Assembly (NCBI GenBank): GCA_041690135.1
Contig: JAWLHY010000006.1
Location: forward strand, 96,001 to 160,000
Origin: Armatimonadota bacterium
GTDB taxonomy: Bacteria; Armatimonadota; SYMT01
Reading direction: 5' to 3'
Length of the DNA stretch: 64,000 nucleotides
Under the pieces are notes generated by a model, which saw nothing but the letters and a program-made list of their open reading frames with translations, did no database searches and had not been told where the DNA came from. A program made the position numbers and the translations under genes. Below, piece after piece: positions 1-9,133 of the stretch. How positions within the stretch are numbered: the first letter of the stretch is position 1; every line of letters starts with the position of its first letter.

Positions 1-972
1 CGTCATCTGACCGGCCTCCTCCCAGAGGTCGATATCACCGGCAGTAACCGGAGCGATTCCCGCCAGGGCGAGAGAGCCCAGCCCCAGTTCCTGGGTCCGG
101 TCTTTCCACTCGATCTTGATATCGAGCAACGGCGGCTCCGGCAGGGGCGGCGGCGGAGTGCTCCATTCACGCATCGCCAACTCCGCGGGGTCGTTCTCGT
201 TACCGTAGAGCGCGTTCTGGTCCTGACCGTACACCGGGCTCAACTTGAGAGTGTTCACCAACTGACGAACCACGGAGCCGGCTGAAGGGCTCTGCTGGCT
301 GAGAGCCTGCCGGGCACTCGTATAAAGCTCTTTGGAGGGGGCGGGAAGCTGCGGAAGCAGGGCGGGAAGGCGCTGGAGCGTGGTCAACGCGCCTTCGTGC
401 TCGCCTCGCAACGACTGGGCCTCGAGCCAGAAGGCCTGCGCCGCCAGGTTGCGCGGCGCCAACTCCGCGAGGCGCTTCTTCAGGTCATGGATCCGGGGGT
501 TGGGCTCTCCCGGCCGGGATTCCAGGTGCTGGATCAGGGCCCCGAGCGCACGCGAGCTCCTGGGCTCGACTTCCACCGCCTTTTCTAGCGCCGCGGTGGC
601 CAGCTCCGGGTTTCCCGCCGCCCGGTGCAGCCGTGCCTGCACGAGGTGAGGGAGAGCCGCATTCGGCATCAGCCTCACCCCCCGGTTGGCGTCTTCCAGG
701 GCTTCTTTTACGGAATTGGGCGACCCCAGGAGCGCCACCGCCCGGTTGACATAGCCGTAAGCGAGATTCGGCTCCAGCTTCTGGATCTGCTCGAATTCAT
801 CCGCCGCGTCGACGCGCTGCTCATTCTCCAGGAGCGCGATCCCTAGCAGCCGGTGCTGATTGACCCTTCCGTACTTCTCCGGGGTGAGCCCCTTCCATGG
901 TTGCCCGCCCCCACAACCGGCAAGCAGGGTACCGCCGGCGGCAAGCGCGAAGAGCTGCGGCAGGACACGCAT
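1..972 (-). CDS. TPR-containing lipoprotein, runs off the left edge of the window (partial)
   Basis: Not in the ORF track. Read by hand from ATG at 972: MRVLPQLFALAAGGTLLAGCGGGQPWKG...GIALLENEQRVDAADEFEQIQKLEPNLAYGYVNRAVALL. Lipobox LAGC and TPR-like helices; starts 5 bp after the stop of the upstream permease gene. Confidence 0.75.
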   Translation of the reverse strand, partial: MRVLPQLFALAAGGTLLAGCGGGQPWKGLTPEKYGRVNQHRLLGIALLENEQRVDAADEFEQIQKLEPNLAYGYVNRAVALLGSPNSVKEALEDANRGVRLMPNAALPHLVQARLHRAAGNPELATAALEKAVEVEPRSSRALGALIQHLESRPGEPNPRIHDLKKRLAELAPRNLAAQAFWLEAQSLRGEHEGALTTLQRLPALLPQLPAPSKELYTSARQALSQQSPSAGSVVRQLVNTLKLSPVYGQDQNALYGNENDPAELAMREWSTPPPPLPEPPLLDIKIEWKDRTQELGLGSLALAGIAPVTAGDIDLWEEAGQMT

Positions 973-977
973 GAGGG

Positions 978-2648
978 TCAATACTCCGAATACTCCAACT
1001 GTTCGCAGGCGTTGCCCCACAGCAGTGCAACGAGGAACGCACATACCACGGTCCAAACGACAGAGATGCCGCGACCATCCATCAACTGTTGACGCATCGC
1101 CGCCTCGGGAGCCGCCGCGGCCGCGGCGATCCAGAACGGCCCGCCGGGAAACGCCACGAAGATGGCCGTCAGTCCATAAGCCCAGAACTTGGCGACGCCC
1201 GCCTTGGGCCAGATGGAGGATTGGGCCAACCCGATGAATGCCGAGACGACCATCGTCACCACGACCAGTGCGTAAACGAGCAGCACCTGGCGTCCATCCG
1301 CGCCATGGAAGAGATAACACAGCCCGAACAACGGGAGGGAGGGACTGATGAGCAGACTGAGGACCGAGACCGCTCCCAACAGCTTGCCGATCATGATCTC
1401 ACGCGGGCGCATGGGGGTCGCGATCAGCATCTCCAGCGATCCCTGGGCGCGTTCCTGCGTCACCACGTCCGAGGTCAGGTTCGGCGCCACCAGGGCCACC
1501 AGCGCCACCAGCGTCATGGTCAGCCAGAAGAACACGTTCCGGGCCGCACGGGCCGTCTGGAGCGGATCCGAAAGATCGCTCGCCGTCATGATCAACGGCA
1601 CGAAGGCGCCGGCCGCCACCGCGATCGATGCAAAGAAGATGAACTCCGCCGTGTCCTTGCTCCGGAGGCGGGTGCGGATATCGCGCGTCCAGACGGGATT
1701 CCGGAATCCCTTCCAGTAGAACTCCTCGCCGGCTTCCTCCCCCACCTCTCGTGGCTTTTCGTCGAGGGCATCGGGGTCTTCCACCAGGATCAGGTAACCC
1801 CTCGCCGCGACCCAGGCGCCGAAGGCCGCCACCGCCGCCAACAGGAGGGCATACAGAAGCGATGCCTGCCAGTGGCTGATTTCCCAGCCCAGGCTCTGGC
1901 GGAAGGTACGGTTCCACCAGTTGGGCGAAGAAGCCGCATAGACCGGCGAAACGGGCGCCACTAGAGAGATGGCCTTCACGATCCGCTGCGGGTGCTCGTC
2001 CCAGTTCCGCTGCCACCCCTTCTCCACCGTTTCGATCCGCAGCCAGAGACCCAGAACCAGCACCGCCAGTGCGGCGATAGTGGGGTAGAAGGAAACGCGC
2101 CGGGCCAGGTTGTGGCTCACGAAAAACGCCGCGGCTCCCAGGGCCCCTCCCACTCCCGCGCAGAGCGGGGTGAGACCCAGGTACAGGAGGACCTGCCACC
2201 AGGCGGTGCGCGTCAACAAGGCGGCTGCCACCCCGACCGCCAGCGGGATCGCGACTAGCGCCATACCGAACACGGCCGACATGGCCACCGTGGTGACCGC
2301 CGCCCGGGCCGGAACCTGGCGGCTGAGCAGCCATGTGTGGAAGGTATGCAGCCGCTTCTCCTGGTTCCACAGGGCCTGCGCGCGCAGGTAAGCGCCGATC
2401 CCCGCACCCGCGACGCAGGTCGCCAGTAGCAGCGCCGCTTTCCACCCCGGATCGAGGCTAAGCGGCGCCGCACTCCGCACGAGACCGCCCGGACCCAACA
2501 AGAACGGTAGGAGCACCCAGCCGATCAGAAACACGGCGATGCAGAAGACGAACGGCAGCCGCCCCGCCGCCAGAATCCGGCGGTACCGGCGCAGCTCAAT
2601 GATCCGCACGGCTTCGTCTAATTGGTTCAGGAACCAGCTCTCTTGCAT
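978..2648 (-). CDS. ABC-2-type transporter permease-like membrane protein
   Basis: Many transmembrane segments; motifs NPVWTRDIRTRLR and ERAQGSLEMLIATPM...IMIGKL typical of ABC-2 permeases. Confidence 0.75.
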   Translation of the reverse strand: MQESWFLNQLDEAVRIIELRRYRRILAAGRLPFVFCIAVFLIGWVLLPFLLGPGGLVRSAAPLSLDPGWKAALLLATCVAGAGIGAYLRAQALWNQEKRLHTFHTWLLSRQVPARAAVTTVAMSAVFGMALVAIPLAVGVAAALLTRTAWWQVLLYLGLTPLCAGVGGALGAAAFFVSHNLARRVSFYPTIAALAVLVLGLWLRIETVEKGWQRNWDEHPQRIVKAISLVAPVSPVYAASSPNWWNRTFRQSLGWEISHWQASLLYALLLAAVAAFGAWVAARGYLILVEDPDALDEKPREVGEEAGEEFYWKGFRNPVWTRDIRTRLRSKDTAEFIFFASIAVAAGAFVPLIMTASDLSDPLQTARAARNVFFWLTMTLVALVALVAPNLTSDVVTQERAQGSLEMLIATPMRPREIMIGKLLGAVSVLSLLISPSLPLFGLCYLFHGADGRQVLLVYALVVVTMVVSAFIGLAQSSIWPKAGVAKFWAYGLTAIFVAFPGGPFWIAAAAAAPEAAMRQQLMDGRGISVVWTVVCAFLVALLWGNACEQLEYSEY

Positions 2649-2713
2649 GTTGGCTAGACGGCTAAACCCTATCGACCACGTTGAACAGCAGTGGGGCGGA
2701 TTGTTTGCCGCCC

Positions 2714-2745
2714 CCTCACCCTAATCGTAATCCTCATCCTAATCC
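2714..2745. repeat. Degenerate hexamer array C(C/G)T(A/C)AT
   Basis: cctcac cctaat cgtaat cctcat cctaat cc; overlaps the stop codon of the gene at 2739-4832. Confidence 0.8.
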
Positions 2746-4832
2746 ACGTAACCCCTGGGGATGCGGACGACGAGCAGGGCGCCGCGGTTGTTGAAGGAAA
2801 CTCCATCCACTTCCAGGCCACCGCGATAGTCAGGACACTCCGCCACCAGCCACGCCTCATTGCGACCGCCGCGCCCCGCCGGATCTCCGCTTTCTCCGAG
2901 AATCAGGCTTTCCGGAGAACTCCAGAGGCGGGCCACGCTCTCCTGAAAGCGGCGGTTCTCCAGCGCGGCGCCGGTGCCGGCGAGGTCTTTTGCCGCCTCC
3001 AATTCCTTCACCCACTTATCCGCGTCGACCTGGACCTGGGTGCCCGGCTGAAGTTCCCCCAGCATCTGGTAACGACGGCGGCGGTAGAGGTAAGCGTTGC
3101 GCAGCGGCACCTGGGTGCCGTTCTTAACCGTGCCCGCGAGACGGCCGTCCAGGCGGATTTCCAGCGACCCACCCAGGTCGCGAGGCCGACGCTGTTCCAG
3201 CAGGCGGACCGAAAAAAGCTGGAGCGCCACGGCATCCCAGCGGACCGTACCGTCTTCCTGATGCGTCGGCCAGGACAGGTCGAGCGCCCCACCCACGTCG
3301 CTGGCCTCCGCCACCGCGCCAGCGGACATCTCCGCACCGGTCGCCGCCACTCCCTGGTCGGCAAGTTCGGGGGCGGCATCATCCACCGCCAGATCGAAAG
3401 ACCGGTTGGTGGGACTGAAGAGGCCCACATAGTTGTACTCGCTGGCCGTGCGACCTCCCGCCGACGTGGACAACACGGAAAGGCTGTTCAGCACGATGCG
3501 CGCGTTGCCCCAGCGCTGGCCGACGAAGAGGACCAGCAGGGTCATCCCCAGCGCGAGAGCCGGCATGAAGAGCCACGATTTGACCGTCCGCCGGAGCCGC
3601 CGGAGAACCCAGATGTTGAGGGGGCCGAAGATCACGGCGTACACGACCCCAAACACCCCGACCGCCAGTAACGGCGGCGCGGGAAGCTTCGGCAGCGACG
3701 CGGCCGCCTGTCGTCCCTCCTCCGCGCCAGGAGGCAACTCGGGCACTTCGGTTCCGCCTCGGGCCAGTTCGATCAGGCGCTCCCAGAACGGGAAGTAGCC
3801 ATCCCACCCGACCCGCAGGTTTTCGCGGAACGGATCGAAACCAAGCCAGACCACCCGCCCGTGGACGGCGGAACGGACGACGATGAGGGGGCGGTTGCCT
3901 TCCCGCCGCACGTCGATGGCACCGGTATTCAGCGGACCGCTGAGGGTCAGAATGCTCCCGGTACGACCCTCGTAGGCCGTGCCGCCCAGTTCGGCCACGC
4001 AATCGAGCCGCGGCTCCGAAGCGATCTCGGTGGGCACTACCCCCGCCAGCGCGCGACCCTCCGGATCGCTCCACTCCGCCGTCCTCTCGCCGCAGAGGAT
4101 TGCTTTCCCGCCACGCTCCACCCAGATGCGGAGCGCACGCTTCTGATCGTCGCTCATCGCGGACCACGCAGTGCCGTTCAGGGCCACCAGGTCCGCTGGT
4201 TCGTATCCCGGCCACTGGGTGGGTAGCTGTTCCGCCGGACGATGCACGACCTTGAACTTCTCGTCGTCGGCCACAAACTGGAGGCCAGCCCCCTCACCCG
4301 AAGCGCTGAGCACCAGGGCTGCATCTGTTACATAACTGGGCGTCAGGACTTCCCTCGCGATCATCCGGCGCCCCGAGAACACCAACAACTCACCCGATGC
4401 GAGTTGCGCGTTGGTATCGTCCCGGTTGAGGCGTGCGAATAGCGTGTACTGCTTCTGGCCGCCCTTCGGCAGATCGATCGGCATGTCGGTGACACGCACC
4501 GCACCAGGTCCGAAGCTGCGCAGTTCGATACGACCGGTGAACCCCTCCTCGTTGTTGGCGAGGTCTACCTGAACCGGCGTGATATGCCCTTCTCGGGTGG
4601 TGTTGTCATGACCCACCCGCACTACCAGGTTCACGGGCGGCGGCTTCTCGGGCTTCCTGGATCGGCGGACCGGCTCCTCGCCCGCGCCCCCTCCTCCTGG
4701 AGCTGTTTGCGATGGCGCCTGGGCGAACACCGCCGGCACGCTTGCCAGCGCCGCCACGGCCCCCGCCAGGACGAGGAAGCGAAGCGGACGCACGCAGCGG
4801 GAGGTTTTCAGACTCATCAACAAGGCCTTCAT
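2739..4832 (-). CDS. Exported, membrane-anchored protein of the type found beside ABC-2 permeases
   Basis: Signal peptide, large soluble region with ALRIWVERGG, two TM helices (YAVIFGPLNIWVLRR...SWLFMPALALG). Confidence 0.7.
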   Translation of the reverse strand: MKALLMSLKTSRCVRPLRFLVLAGAVAALASVPAVFAQAPSQTAPGGGGAGEEPVRRSRKPEKPPPVNLVVRVGHDNTTREGHITPVQVDLANNEEGFTGRIELRSFGPGAVRVTDMPIDLPKGGQKQYTLFARLNRDDTNAQLASGELLVFSGRRMIAREVLTPSYVTDAALVLSASGEGAGLQFVADDEKFKVVHRPAEQLPTQWPGYEPADLVALNGTAWSAMSDDQKRALRIWVERGGKAILCGERTAEWSDPEGRALAGVVPTEIASEPRLDCVAELGGTAYEGRTGSILTLSGPLNTGAIDVRREGNRPLIVVRSAVHGRVVWLGFDPFRENLRVGWDGYFPFWERLIELARGGTEVPELPPGAEEGRQAAASLPKLPAPPLLAVGVFGVVYAVIFGPLNIWVLRRLRRTVKSWLFMPALALGMTLLVLFVGQRWGNARIVLNSLSVLSTSAGGRTASEYNYVGLFSPTNRSFDLAVDDAAPELADQGVAATGAEMSAGAVAEASDVGGALDLSWPTHQEDGTVRWDAVALQLFSVRLLEQRRPRDLGGSLEIRLDGRLAGTVKNGTQVPLRNAYLYRRRRYQMLGELQPGTQVQVDADKWVKELEAAKDLAGTGAALENRRFQESVARLWSSPESLILGESGDPAGRGGRNEAWLVAECPDYRGGLEVDGVSFNNRGALLVVRIPRGYVD

Positions 4833-4976
4833 GGATTGGGGCGCTTACTCCCGGAACCCCGGTTCGCCTACACAGTCTACGATTCCCGTCCTCTTGCCAT
4901 CACACCTCTTCCAGGATCCTGGAATGAGAATGCACCGGCGGTTTGGTCCGGACGGCTCGGCAGGTATCTCCAAGTG

Positions 4977-5714
4977 ATGAATAACCGCTTGCTGATAATC
5001 GCTACTGTAGCCCTGGCGTTCATCGTGCCCCCAGTCGTCTTGCTGGTCACCCGCCGAATCGAGGTGTTCACCGCGACGATGACGGTAAGCCTTCTCGTCC
5101 TCTACCTGGTGGGCTGGCAGGCGATGCGTGCCGCCGTGCGGAGTTACTACGAAAAGGAACTCTCCTACACCTGGATCGACCCGCCGCTGGCCTACAGCGA
5201 CCTGCCGCGGGGTTACCACGAAGAACTGGAAGGACTGGGATACCACCCGGCCGGCTTTCTCCAGCGGAAGGGCCTGGCCGACATGCAAACCGCGGTGTAC
5301 GTCCATCGGGAGCTGCCGATCTACGTTCTCGTCGGCCTGGAGCGCTCAGGAGACTCGTGGGCGACCGCGGTCCTACAGTTCGATACCTTCTATCCCGATG
5401 GCAGCCGCCTGTCCACTACCACCAGCAAGACCTTCGCGCATCTAAGTGCCGGAGTGAAAGGCGAGACGACGCGCCTGGTACAGCTCCGGGAGACCGGCTC
5501 CCCCACGGCCCTGGACGGACAACACGTGGGGACCGTGCGTGCCTGGCTGGCCGGAAAGCGAGACCCCATCCCAGCGAACCCCGACCGCCTGATCGAGTAC
5601 CTGGAGCAGGACCGCCGACGCCTGCGGGATACCCTCCGTTCCTCCGGGTGGGTGCCGTTCCCGGCATTTCTGCAGACCGTCCTCGGCCGCCGCCCCGGCA
5701 TCCTCCGCTTCTAG
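4977..5714 (+). CDS. Hypothetical membrane protein with two N-terminal TM helices
   Basis: Start moved to MNNRLL (ATG 4977) to avoid overlap with the divergent gene; coding-like codon usage. Confidence 0.65.
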   Translation: MNNRLLIIATVALAFIVPPVVLLVTRRIEVFTATMTVSLLVLYLVGWQAMRAAVRSYYEKELSYTWIDPPLAYSDLPRGYHEELEGLGYHPAGFLQRKGLADMQTAVYVHRELPIYVLVGLERSGDSWATAVLQFDTFYPDGSRLSTTTSKTFAHLSAGVKGETTRLVQLRETGSPTALDGQHVGTVRAWLAGKRDPIPANPDRLIEYLEQDRRRLRDTLRSSGWVPFPAFLQTVLGRRPGILRF

Positions 5715-5743
5715 CCTCGCCAAAGAACCCGTCAATAGCCTCG

Positions 5744-5749
5744 TATAAT
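5744..5749 (+). promoter_or_regulatory. Putative -10 element (TATAAT)
   Basis: Perfect TATAAT 16 bp upstream of the ATG at 5766 in a GC-rich background; no clear -35. Confidence 0.35.
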
Positions 5750-5765
5750 CAATAAGATAGAGGCC

Positions 5766-6533
5766 ATGTCAGAACCCTTCTACCGCAACCGGCCCGGGGT
5801 CCACCGCCGGTGGATCCAGTACACGCACGACTCCGAACCCTCGGCGGACGCCTTCCTCCGTGCCGGAGTTTCCGGCGCGTACTTGCCGCGCCTGCGGTTG
5901 GAAGTTCCGCATCACCCGCAAACCCGCGTGTCGCACAGCCTTCCGCAGTGCCTCGCGATGGTCCTCGAGTACCAGGGACGGCGGATGGATCCGGATACTC
6001 TCGCTTTCCTCCTGCGCACCGACGAGGCTCACGGCACACCCGGTCGCAACCTGCTCTGGCTCCGGGCGTGGGGAATCCACACGGACTTTCCCGAGGACCT
6101 TCAGTTCTTCCGCGACGGCACGGACCGGCTCAACCAGCGCCTGGAGGTCGGCAGGCACCGTCTTGTCTACCGGTGGGAAGAGCAGTGGCTACGCTACCTC
6201 ACCACCAGCCTCCGGGAGGGTGTTCCGCCGGTTCTCTTCGTCGACCTGGGCCGCCTCAGCCGCCGGTGGCGCGGACTTCAACAACGGCACGCCGTCGTGC
6301 TTTCCGGCGGCGACGGGCGACAGGCCTGGATCAACGACCCCGCATGCGAAACCGGGCCGATCCGCATCGGGCTCTCCACGCTAATGGATGCCCTGCTGCC
6401 GGGTGAACCCCTGGCGGCGAGGATCACAACCTCTCCGCGGCTCGCCGCTTCCTCTCGCTCCCAACCGGGCGCCGCGGACACGGAGTTTCCCGAACTCTCG
6501 GAGCGCAACGAATCCGAGGAAGGCTCATTGTGA
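5766..6533 (+). CDS. Peptidase C39-like protein with Ser at the usual catalytic Cys position
   Basis: VPHHPQTRVSHSLPQCLAMVLEYQG aligns with Q-x5-C-x3-CLAM; RHAVV and INDPA supply His and Asp. Confidence 0.7.
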   Translation: MSEPFYRNRPGVHRRWIQYTHDSEPSADAFLRAGVSGAYLPRLRLEVPHHPQTRVSHSLPQCLAMVLEYQGRRMDPDTLAFLLRTDEAHGTPGRNLLWLRAWGIHTDFPEDLQFFRDGTDRLNQRLEVGRHRLVYRWEEQWLRYLTTSLREGVPPVLFVDLGRLSRRWRGLQQRHAVVLSGGDGRQAWINDPACETGPIRIGLSTLMDALLPGEPLAARITTSPRLAASSRSQPGAADTEFPELSERNESEEGSL

Positions 6534-6573
6534 AATCCATTTCCCCGGCTCGCCCAATCCCTGAACGCATCCC

Positions 6574-7170
6574 ATGCCTGTAGACGAGAAAGCCCTGGTC
6601 CCTCCCCGTCCCGCAGAGGACACAAGCACCCCAGCCACCAGCCCGGCTGCGAGCACGGTCCGCAACCTTCAAGAGCGCTTCGTGCTGCACTGGGGAGAAC
6701 TGGCCAGTGCCTGGGGGATCAACCGGACCATGGGCCAGATCCACGCGCTCCTTTACATCAGTCCGGAGCCCCTTTCGATGGACGAAATCATCGAGCGACT
6801 GAAGATCTCTCGCGGCAGCGCCAGCATGAACCTCCGCGCTCTGGAAGACTGGGGCGTAATTCAGCGCCTTCACTACACGGGTGATCGCCGGGAATACTTC
6901 CGCTCGCTTACCGATGTATGGGAACTCTTCAACACTATTCTCCGCGAGCGGAAGCGGCGAGAGTTCGATCCCCTGCTTCGCTCCCTACAGCAGTTCCTCG
7001 GTGAGACCTCCGATGCACCCGTGGAGCCCGAAGTCGCCGACTTCCGGGAACGCCTCGTCCGCCTCGTCACCGTCCTGGAGCAAATCCAGACTCTCTGCGA
7101 CCGCCTCATGCCCCGCGATCCCCGGGAAGTCTCCCGGCTGCTGGAGGTGAACGTGGAAGGACTGGAATGA
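6574..7170 (+). CDS. GbsR/MarR-family transcriptional regulator
   Basis: FVLHWGELASAWGINRTMGQIHALL...LSMDEI...ISRGSASMNLRALEDWG...GDRREYF...ERKRREFDP. Confidence 0.9.
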   Translation: MPVDEKALVPPRPAEDTSTPATSPAASTVRNLQERFVLHWGELASAWGINRTMGQIHALLYISPEPLSMDEIIERLKISRGSASMNLRALEDWGVIQRLHYTGDRREYFRSLTDVWELFNTILRERKRREFDPLLRSLQQFLGETSDAPVEPEVADFRERLVRLVTVLEQIQTLCDRLMPRDPREVSRLLEVNVEGLE

Positions 7171-7174
7171 GGGG

Positions 7175-7884
7175 CGGATAAAGATAAGGATAAAGATAAA
7201 GAAGGCACCTCGCGAGCAATGTGCTTGGCGGAACCCAGGCCACCGCGCGCGAACAGTACTTGACTTGGAAACGACAGAAGTGCGGCGACTGAGCGTAGCT
7301 GGAACGTTCAGCGGTTCAATCACTCAGCCTCATCTTCGGTGGGGTCGCCGGAAAACTCCGTCAGTGTTGCATCGTAGGTTTGGGAGCCATCCGAAATCTT
7401 GTAGGCTCCACTTCCGACCAGGCCGTAAAGCATCCGGACGATAGCTTGCAGGCGATGCTTGGCTGGTAGGACCTCTTCCGCAGTTAGGCGTTTGCGAACG
7501 ACAAGCACATCCAGGCAGGCAGCGCATTCCAGGGCGGAAGTCGCCGCAATCCGAAAGTAGTGAGAGCGGTCCTTCGGTGTAAATCGCCCATTACCTTCTG
7601 CAATGTTCAGGGGGATGCTCGAAGAAGCACGGTCCATCTGATCGCGAAGGTTGGGGAGAGACGCACATCGTCGCCAACAGGTTTCCCACCAACCGCATAG
7701 TGCGAGTGCTTCCTGATAGACGTCCAGCCTCTCGTGATTGAACAATGGCTGCATCGAAGTCCTCCAGCGTGTCGCTTTCCAATCAAACTCAGCAACTCTA
7801 CCACCAGTGATGCGTAAACGAATTCCTGGCCCTAGAGCAACCTTCCGCCCGTATCCTCATTATCCTTATCGTTATCTTTATCCG
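7175..7884. mobile_element. Putative insertion element: four-helix-bundle gene flanked by 30-bp inverted hexamer-repeat arms
   Basis: Left arm CGGATAAAGATAAGGATAAAGATAAAGAAG (7175-7204) matches the reverse complement of 7855-7884 (CGGATAAAGATAACGATAAGGATAATGAGG) at 26/30. The interior is AT-richer and antisense to the flanking genes. Confidence 0.6.
7320..7754 (-). CDS. Four helix bundle protein (23S rRNA-IVP / TIGR02436-like)
   Basis: FNHERLDVYQ...LRDQMDRASSSIPLNIAEGNGR...IAATSALECAACLD. Confidence 0.9.
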   Translation of the reverse strand: MQPLFNHERLDVYQEALALCGWWETCWRRCASLPNLRDQMDRASSSIPLNIAEGNGRFTPKDRSHYFRIAATSALECAACLDVLVVRKRLTAEEVLPAKHRLQAIVRMLYGLVGSGAYKISDGSQTYDATLTEFSGDPTEDEAE

Positions 7885-7886
7885 TT

Positions 7887-9068
7887 ATGCGCGTGATCCT
7901 CACGGCCGGAAAGGGGGGCGTGGGCAAGTCCACGCTGGCGGCGGCTACGGCGGCGGTGGCGGCGGAGCGGGGGCTGCGCGCGCTGGTGATGAGCATCGAT
8001 AGCGCCCATAACCTCTCGGACCTCTTTGCCGTTCCCCTCGCCCACACACCCACGCCCATCCGCGGCTCACTGTTCGGTCTAGAAGTCGACCTCAACCGGG
8101 AACTGCGGGAGAACTGGCAGGCGGTAACGGACTTTTTCCTCACGATGACCGCCAATAATCCACGGGTGAACCAGCTCGTGGCGGAAGAATGCGCGGTGCT
8201 GCCGGGAATGGAAGAGGTCTTCGGGCTGATGCGCCTGCAGTCCGTCGTGGAGACGGGGGAGTGGGACGTGGTGGTGGTGGATGCGCCGCCCACCGGCGAT
8301 ATGCTCAAGTTCCTCCGCCTGCCGGACGTGCTCCACTGGTTCATGGAGAAGTACCATCCCCTCGAGCGGGGCATGCTCCAGCGGGTGCGGCCCGTGGCGG
8401 ATGCGCTGAATTGGCCGGTCCCCACGGAAGCCTCGATGGAAGAGATGGAGTACTGGTACGCGCGCGTCGGCGAGGCCAGCAAGACGCTCACGGATCCCGA
8501 GAGTGTTTCCGTGCGCCTGGTAATGACGCCCGACCGGGTAGGCCAGGCGGAGACACGCCGCGCCCTGACCTGGACCAACCTGTTGGGCATGACGGTGGAC
8601 GGGGTGATCGTGAATAAGATCCTCCCCGGGGGCGAATACCCGGAGCCGATCGCCTCGTGGTCCCACCGCCAGACGAGCCTGATCGAGGAGATTGAACGGG
8701 AGTTTTCACCCCTTCCGGTACTCCGAGCCGAACTGCAGCCGGACGAGGTGATCGGAGCGGAAGACCTCACGGCGTTTGGGCGTACCCTGCTCGCCGGCCG
8801 GGATCCGGCTGCGCTCTGGTGGCGGGAGGCGCTGGTCCGCTGGGATGAGAGCCGTGACGGGTCCGGCACCCTACACGTCCGCCTGCCGTTCTTGAAAAAG
8901 GGCCAGTTCCGGCTGCTCGCGGATGCGGATGGCCTTGTGATTCACGTAGCCAACCAGCGCCGCAACGTGCCGCTCCCCCTGGCGGTCCAGCGCCGTACGA
9001 TGCGACGCGCACATTACGAAGGGGGATGGTTGCGCGTCCAATATGGCCCCCGCCCGGATTCAGCCTGA
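7887..9068 (+). CDS. ArsA/GET3-family ATPase with C-terminal HSP20-like domain
   Basis: GKGGVGKST, SIDSAHNLSD, LPGMEE, DAPPTG; beta-rich C-terminus ending YEGGWLRVQY. Confidence 0.88.
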   Translation: MRVILTAGKGGVGKSTLAAATAAVAAERGLRALVMSIDSAHNLSDLFAVPLAHTPTPIRGSLFGLEVDLNRELRENWQAVTDFFLTMTANNPRVNQLVAEECAVLPGMEEVFGLMRLQSVVETGEWDVVVVDAPPTGDMLKFLRLPDVLHWFMEKYHPLERGMLQRVRPVADALNWPVPTEASMEEMEYWYARVGEASKTLTDPESVSVRLVMTPDRVGQAETRRALTWTNLLGMTVDGVIVNKILPGGEYPEPIASWSHRQTSLIEEIEREFSPLPVLRAELQPDEVIGAEDLTAFGRTLLAGRDPAALWWREALVRWDESRDGSGTLHVRLPFLKKGQFRLLADADGLVIHVANQRRNVPLPLAVQRRTMRRAHYEGGWLRVQYGPRPDSA

Positions 9069-9133
9069 ACTCCGACGCCCGAATCGCCGTAGAATTGGGT
9101 GGGCGCCTTTTTTCCTTGTCTTCCAACTGATCG

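Noticed and set aside
7320-7754. Diversity-generating retroelement (Avd-like fold)
   Set aside because: No reverse transcriptase and no template/variable repeat pair in the window.
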